This document shows, one piece after another, positions 59,867 to 64,000 of a stretch of 64,000 nucleotides of DNA. The translations under genes were made by a program, and so were the position numbers. How positions within the stretch are numbered: position 1 is the stretch's first letter; each line of letters starts with the position of its first letter. The notes under the pieces are model-generated. The model did no database searches and was not told where the DNA came from. It saw nothing but the letters and a program-made list of their open reading frames with translations. Origin of the DNA: Candidatus Krumholzibacteriota bacterium (GTDB lineage Bacteria; Krumholzibacteriota; Krumholzibacteriia; JAJRXK01); contig CAVXTH010000009.1 of assembly GCA_963764625.1 (NCBI GenBank), positions 320,001 to 384,000 on the forward strand, given 5' to 3'.

Positions 59867-61327
59867 ATGACGACGACCCCTACCTCGACCCGTCTGGGCC
59901 ACAAAGTGGCCGACCTCACTCTGCACGAGAGTGGGCGCAAAGAGATTCGCCTGGCGGAGCACGAGATGCCCGGCCTGATGGCTGTGCGGAAGCGCTACGC
60001 GCAAGACAAGCCGCTCAAAGGCGCCAAGATCATGGGGAGTCTCCACATGACGGTGCAGACCGCAGTGCTCATCGAGACCCTTAGGGAGCTCGGCGCGGAC
60101 ATCCGTTGGGCCAGCTGCAACATCTTCTCGACGCAGGACCAGGCTGCGGCCGCGGTCGTGGTGGGTCCCAATGGCAGCGTGGAAGCGCCGGCCGGGGTCC
60201 CGGTATTCGCCTGGAAGGGAGAGAGCCTGCCCGAGTACTGGTGGTGCACGTCGGAGGCGCTGCTGTGGCCGGACGGAAGTGGGCCCGATCTCATCGTGGA
60301 CGACGGGGGCGACGCCACCCTGATGGTCACCAAGGGAGCCCGGTTCGAGCGCGAAGGGAAGATTCCTCAGTTCGATCCCAAGAACGACAGCGAAGAGTGG
60401 GATGCGTTCTTGAGCGCACTTCGCGAGAGCGCGAAGAACCATCCCTCCCGCTGGGTCGAGGTGGAAAAGAACATTCGCGGGGTGAGTGAGGAGACCACCA
60501 CCGGAGTCCACCGTCTCTACCAGATGGCCAAGGCGGGCGAGCTGCCGTTCGCCGCGATGAACGTGAACGACTCGGTCACAAAGAGCAAATTCGACAACAT
60601 CTACGGCTGCCGGCACAGTCTGCCCGACGGAATCATGCGCGCCACCGACGTGATGCTGGGTGGAAAGGTCGCGGTCGTGGCCGGCTTCGGAGAGGTCGGC
60701 AAGGGCTGCGCACAGGCCCTGCGCGGGCAAGGTTGCCGCGTCATCATCACCGAAATCGATCCCATCTGCGCGCTTCAGGCGGCGATGGAGGGCTATGAAG
60801 TCAAGACCATGGACGAAGTGGTCGAGTCCGCGGACATCTTCATCACATCCACCGGAAACTTCGACATCGTCACCGCGGAGCACATGTCCCGCATGAAGGA
60901 CAAGGCCATCGTGGGGAACATCGGCCACTTCGACAACGAGATCGACATGGCCGGTCTCAAGAAGATCTCCGGAGTGAAGCGGGTGAACATCAAGCCCCAG
61001 TACGACGAATGGGTCTTCCCCGACGGTCACAGCGTTCTCATTCTGGCCGAAGGCCGCCTGCTGAATCTGGGTTGTGCCACCGGCCACCCGAGCTTCGTGA
61101 TGTCCGCGTCCTTCACCAACCAGGTCCTGGCGCAGCTCGAGCTGTGGAAGAGCTACGAGAGCTACGGCAAGAGCGTCCACGTGCTGCCCAAGAAGCTCGA
61201 CGAAGAGGTCGCGCGCTTGCACCTGGATCATCTGGGAGTGAAGCTCACGCGCATGAGCGAAGCGCAGTCGAAATATCTGGGAATTCCGGTGGATGGCCCC
61301 TACAAGCCCGATCATTACCGCTACTGA
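59867..61327 (+). CDS. ahcY: Adenosylhomocysteinase
   Basis: [65 protein letters not shown]. Confidence 0.98.
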   Translation: MTTTPTSTRLGHKVADLTLHESGRKEIRLAEHEMPGLMAVRKRYAQDKPLKGAKIMGSLHMTVQTAVLIETLRELGADIRWASCNIFSTQDQAAAAVVVGPNGSVEAPAGVPVFAWKGESLPEYWWCTSEALLWPDGSGPDLIVDDGGDATLMVTKGARFEREGKIPQFDPKNDSEEWDAFLSALRESAKNHPSRWVEVEKNIRGVSEETTTGVHRLYQMAKAGELPFAAMNVNDSVTKSKFDNIYGCRHSLPDGIMRATDVMLGGKVAVVAGFGEVGKGCAQALRGQGCRVIITEIDPICALQAAMEGYEVKTMDEVVESADIFITSTGNFDIVTAEHMSRMKDKAIVGNIGHFDNEIDMAGLKKISGVKRVNIKPQYDEWVFPDGHSVLILAEGRLLNLGCATGHPSFVMSASFTNQVLAQLELWKSYESYGKSVHVLPKKLDEEVARLHLDHLGVKLTRMSEAQSKYLGIPVDGPYKPDHYRY

Positions 61328-61377
61328 TAAGTGCGGTGGGGTGGGGGGTCTTCGGGCGGCGCGGTCACGCCGAGTAC

Positions 61378-62202
61378 TCACGCGCGGGGTGGTTCCTCCG
61401 CGTAGGATTCCTGTACCACACTTCCATTCTCCAGACAGACGGCGCTGAGGGATTCCCCCCACACGCAGCCGGAGTCGAGGCACCAGGCGTCCTCGCGCAG
61501 CATCAGACCCAGACGGGCCCAGTGGCCGAAGAGAACCCTCTGCCCTGAGGTGCGGCGCTCTTTTGCCAGGAACCAGGCCCGCGTGCCGCTTGGCTTCTCC
61601 GAGGGACTTCCGGTGAAGGATTCCACCATCTCGCCCGCGGCGTTGACGAGACGGAGGTGGGTAGCAATCCGCAGGAAGGACGCCTGTGCACGAAGCTCGG
61701 GTGAAGGGTCGCTTCCCGGCTGGGGAGAGTCGTCTTTCGTCAGGGCCAAGAGGGAGGCGGCATCCGGGCCCTTCAGGGTCGTCGCGCAGGTGGTGGCCCG
61801 CTCGAGCGCAAAGGACGCGGTCCAGGCGGGCAAAAGGCCGGCGTGGACCAGGAGGCACCCGCTCTCTCGGTCGTGCACCAGGAGCGGGCGCGCCCGCATC
61901 CACTCCAGGATCTCCGCCCGATCCGGGGCGTCGAGTACTGCCGATAGGGCGTTGGGACGCGAGAATCCCGGCACTCTCCACCCCGCTCCCAAAAGCTGCA
62001 AATCGTGGTTTCCCAACACGCAGGTCAGATCTGGACCCTGTTGCATCGCCCAGCGCACCACTCCCAGGGAGTCGGGTCCGCGGTTGACCAGATCACCCGT
62101 CAGGAGCAGACGATCCCGCCCGGGTCGAGCGTCGAGCTTCGCCACGAGGCGCTGGAGGGTACGAGAACATCCGTGAATGTCGCCGATGAGGTAGCTGGCC
62201 AT
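61378..62202 (-). CDS. apaH: Symmetrical bis(5'-nucleosyl)-tetraphosphatase
   Basis: IGDIHGC, GDLVNRGPDS, LGNHDL, VHAGLLP, FGHWA, LDSGCVWG. Confidence 0.93.
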   Translation of the reverse strand: MASYLIGDIHGCSRTLQRLVAKLDARPGRDRLLLTGDLVNRGPDSLGVVRWAMQQGPDLTCVLGNHDLQLLGAGWRVPGFSRPNALSAVLDAPDRAEILEWMRARPLLVHDRESGCLLVHAGLLPAWTASFALERATTCATTLKGPDAASLLALTKDDSPQPGSDPSPELRAQASFLRIATHLRLVNAAGEMVESFTGSPSEKPSGTRAWFLAKERRTSGQRVLFGHWARLGLMLREDAWCLDSGCVWGESLSAVCLENGSVVQESYAEEPPRA

Positions 62203-62324
62203 GGTGGAGTAGCTTGGGGGGACTCGGGCCACAAGGCAAGATTGCCTTGGGTTTTTCGCGCGATTCATTAGCATGTACACCTCGACATTCGCGAAGTCTC
62301 GGTTTGCTGCTCGTCAGCGCAGTT

Positions 62325-62341
62325 CACCCCCTGAGGGGGTG
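62325..62341. promoter_or_regulatory. C-tract/G-tract palindrome, candidate CsoR/RcnR-type operator
   Basis: CACCCCC-TGA-GGGGGTG about 8 nt before the SD AGGAGG of the lipoprotein gene. Confidence 0.4.
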
Positions 62342-62361
62342 CTATCCACAGGAGGAGCTCG

Positions 62362-63042
62362 ATGCGTCGTCCAATCGCCTTCGTCGCGATCGTTGTTTTC
62401 GCTGTTTTTTCATGTTTTTTCGCGGGCTGCAATCAGAACACCAAGGATCCCAACGCGAAGGACCAGGCTTCGGTGCAGAAGCAGGCGCCGGTGCAGGGCG
62501 ATGAGCAACTCCCGGCCGGCCACCCGCCCATCGAGGGCATGACGCCCCAGGCCTCAGGCGGCAAGTCGCCCACCGTCATCGCGGGGGTGTCCTACACCGT
62601 TCCCGGAGAGTGGGTCGACGGAGGGGCTTCCGGGATGCGCGCGGCCCAGTTCCAGCTGCCCCCGGTGGGCGCGGACAAGGCTCCGGCGGAAGTCACCGCG
62701 TTCTACTTCGGACCCAAGAGTGGCGGGGGCGTCGACGCCAACATCGCGCGCTGGATCGGCCAGATGACCGAGCCCGATGGGAGCAGCTCCGCCGATAAGG
62801 CCAAGCGCGAGAACCTCGAGGTGGACGGAATGCCGCTCCACATCGTCTCCGTCGACGGTACCTACAACGCGGGCAGTATGAGTTCCGATGCCGGCCCTCA
62901 CGAGGGGTATCGCATGGTGGGCGCCATCGTGGAGGGTCCTGAGGGCAGCGTGTTCTTCAAGCTGGTCGGTCCGAAGCAGACGGCGAGCGAAATGGAAGCT
63001 GGCCTGCGGGCCCTGGTGAAGAGCTTCAAGAAGCAGGGCTGA
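62362..63042 (+). CDS. Conserved hypothetical lipoprotein
   Basis: Lipobox FAGC, LPAGHPPI motif, GMRAAQF, GGVDANIARWIGQ, FFKLVGP. Confidence 0.8.
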   Translation: MRRPIAFVAIVVFAVFSCFFAGCNQNTKDPNAKDQASVQKQAPVQGDEQLPAGHPPIEGMTPQASGGKSPTVIAGVSYTVPGEWVDGGASGMRAAQFQLPPVGADKAPAEVTAFYFGPKSGGGVDANIARWIGQMTEPDGSSSADKAKRENLEVDGMPLHIVSVDGTYNAGSMSSDAGPHEGYRMVGAIVEGPEGSVFFKLVGPKQTASEMEAGLRALVKSFKKQG

Positions 63043-63049
63043 GAAAGCT

Positions 63050-64000
<951 letters not shown>

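Noticed and set aside
59783-61981. 732-aa minus-strand ORF
   Set aside because: Antisense shadow of ahcY plus an off-frame overlap with apaH; no motifs; expected from high-GC codon bias

Overview
GC-rich bacterial chromosomal segment, densely packed with about 50 genes. I see no rRNA, tRNA, CRISPR array, prophage or IS element. Three secreted proteins end in a FlgD-Ig/T9SS-type C-terminal sorting domain, which suggests an FCB-superphylum lineage such as Krumholzibacteriota, Eisenbacteria or Latescibacterota (inference only). Most genes are housekeeping or accessory: Lon-like protease, heme A synthase, YciO, zinc-less Fpg, lysine-ketoglutarate reductase, OprP-like porin plus phoU with a clear Pho box, mscL, kup, glutaryl-CoA dehydrogenase, TonB receptor, class II DAHP synthase, an ArcE/COG2403 P-loop enzyme, MlaEFD, htpG, hutH, ahcY, apaH and ettA. 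The best candidate for an undescribed system is a divergent redox module at 15.5-20.1 kb. A two-subunit cytochrome bd-superfamily enzyme, whose first subunit carries two c-type hemes, points one way. A hemerythrin-like protein and a NapH/YccM-like 4Fe-4S membrane protein point the other way, across an AT-rich palindromic spacer. Five genes carry single-base indels (about 8 in total), which are most likely long-read consensus errors.
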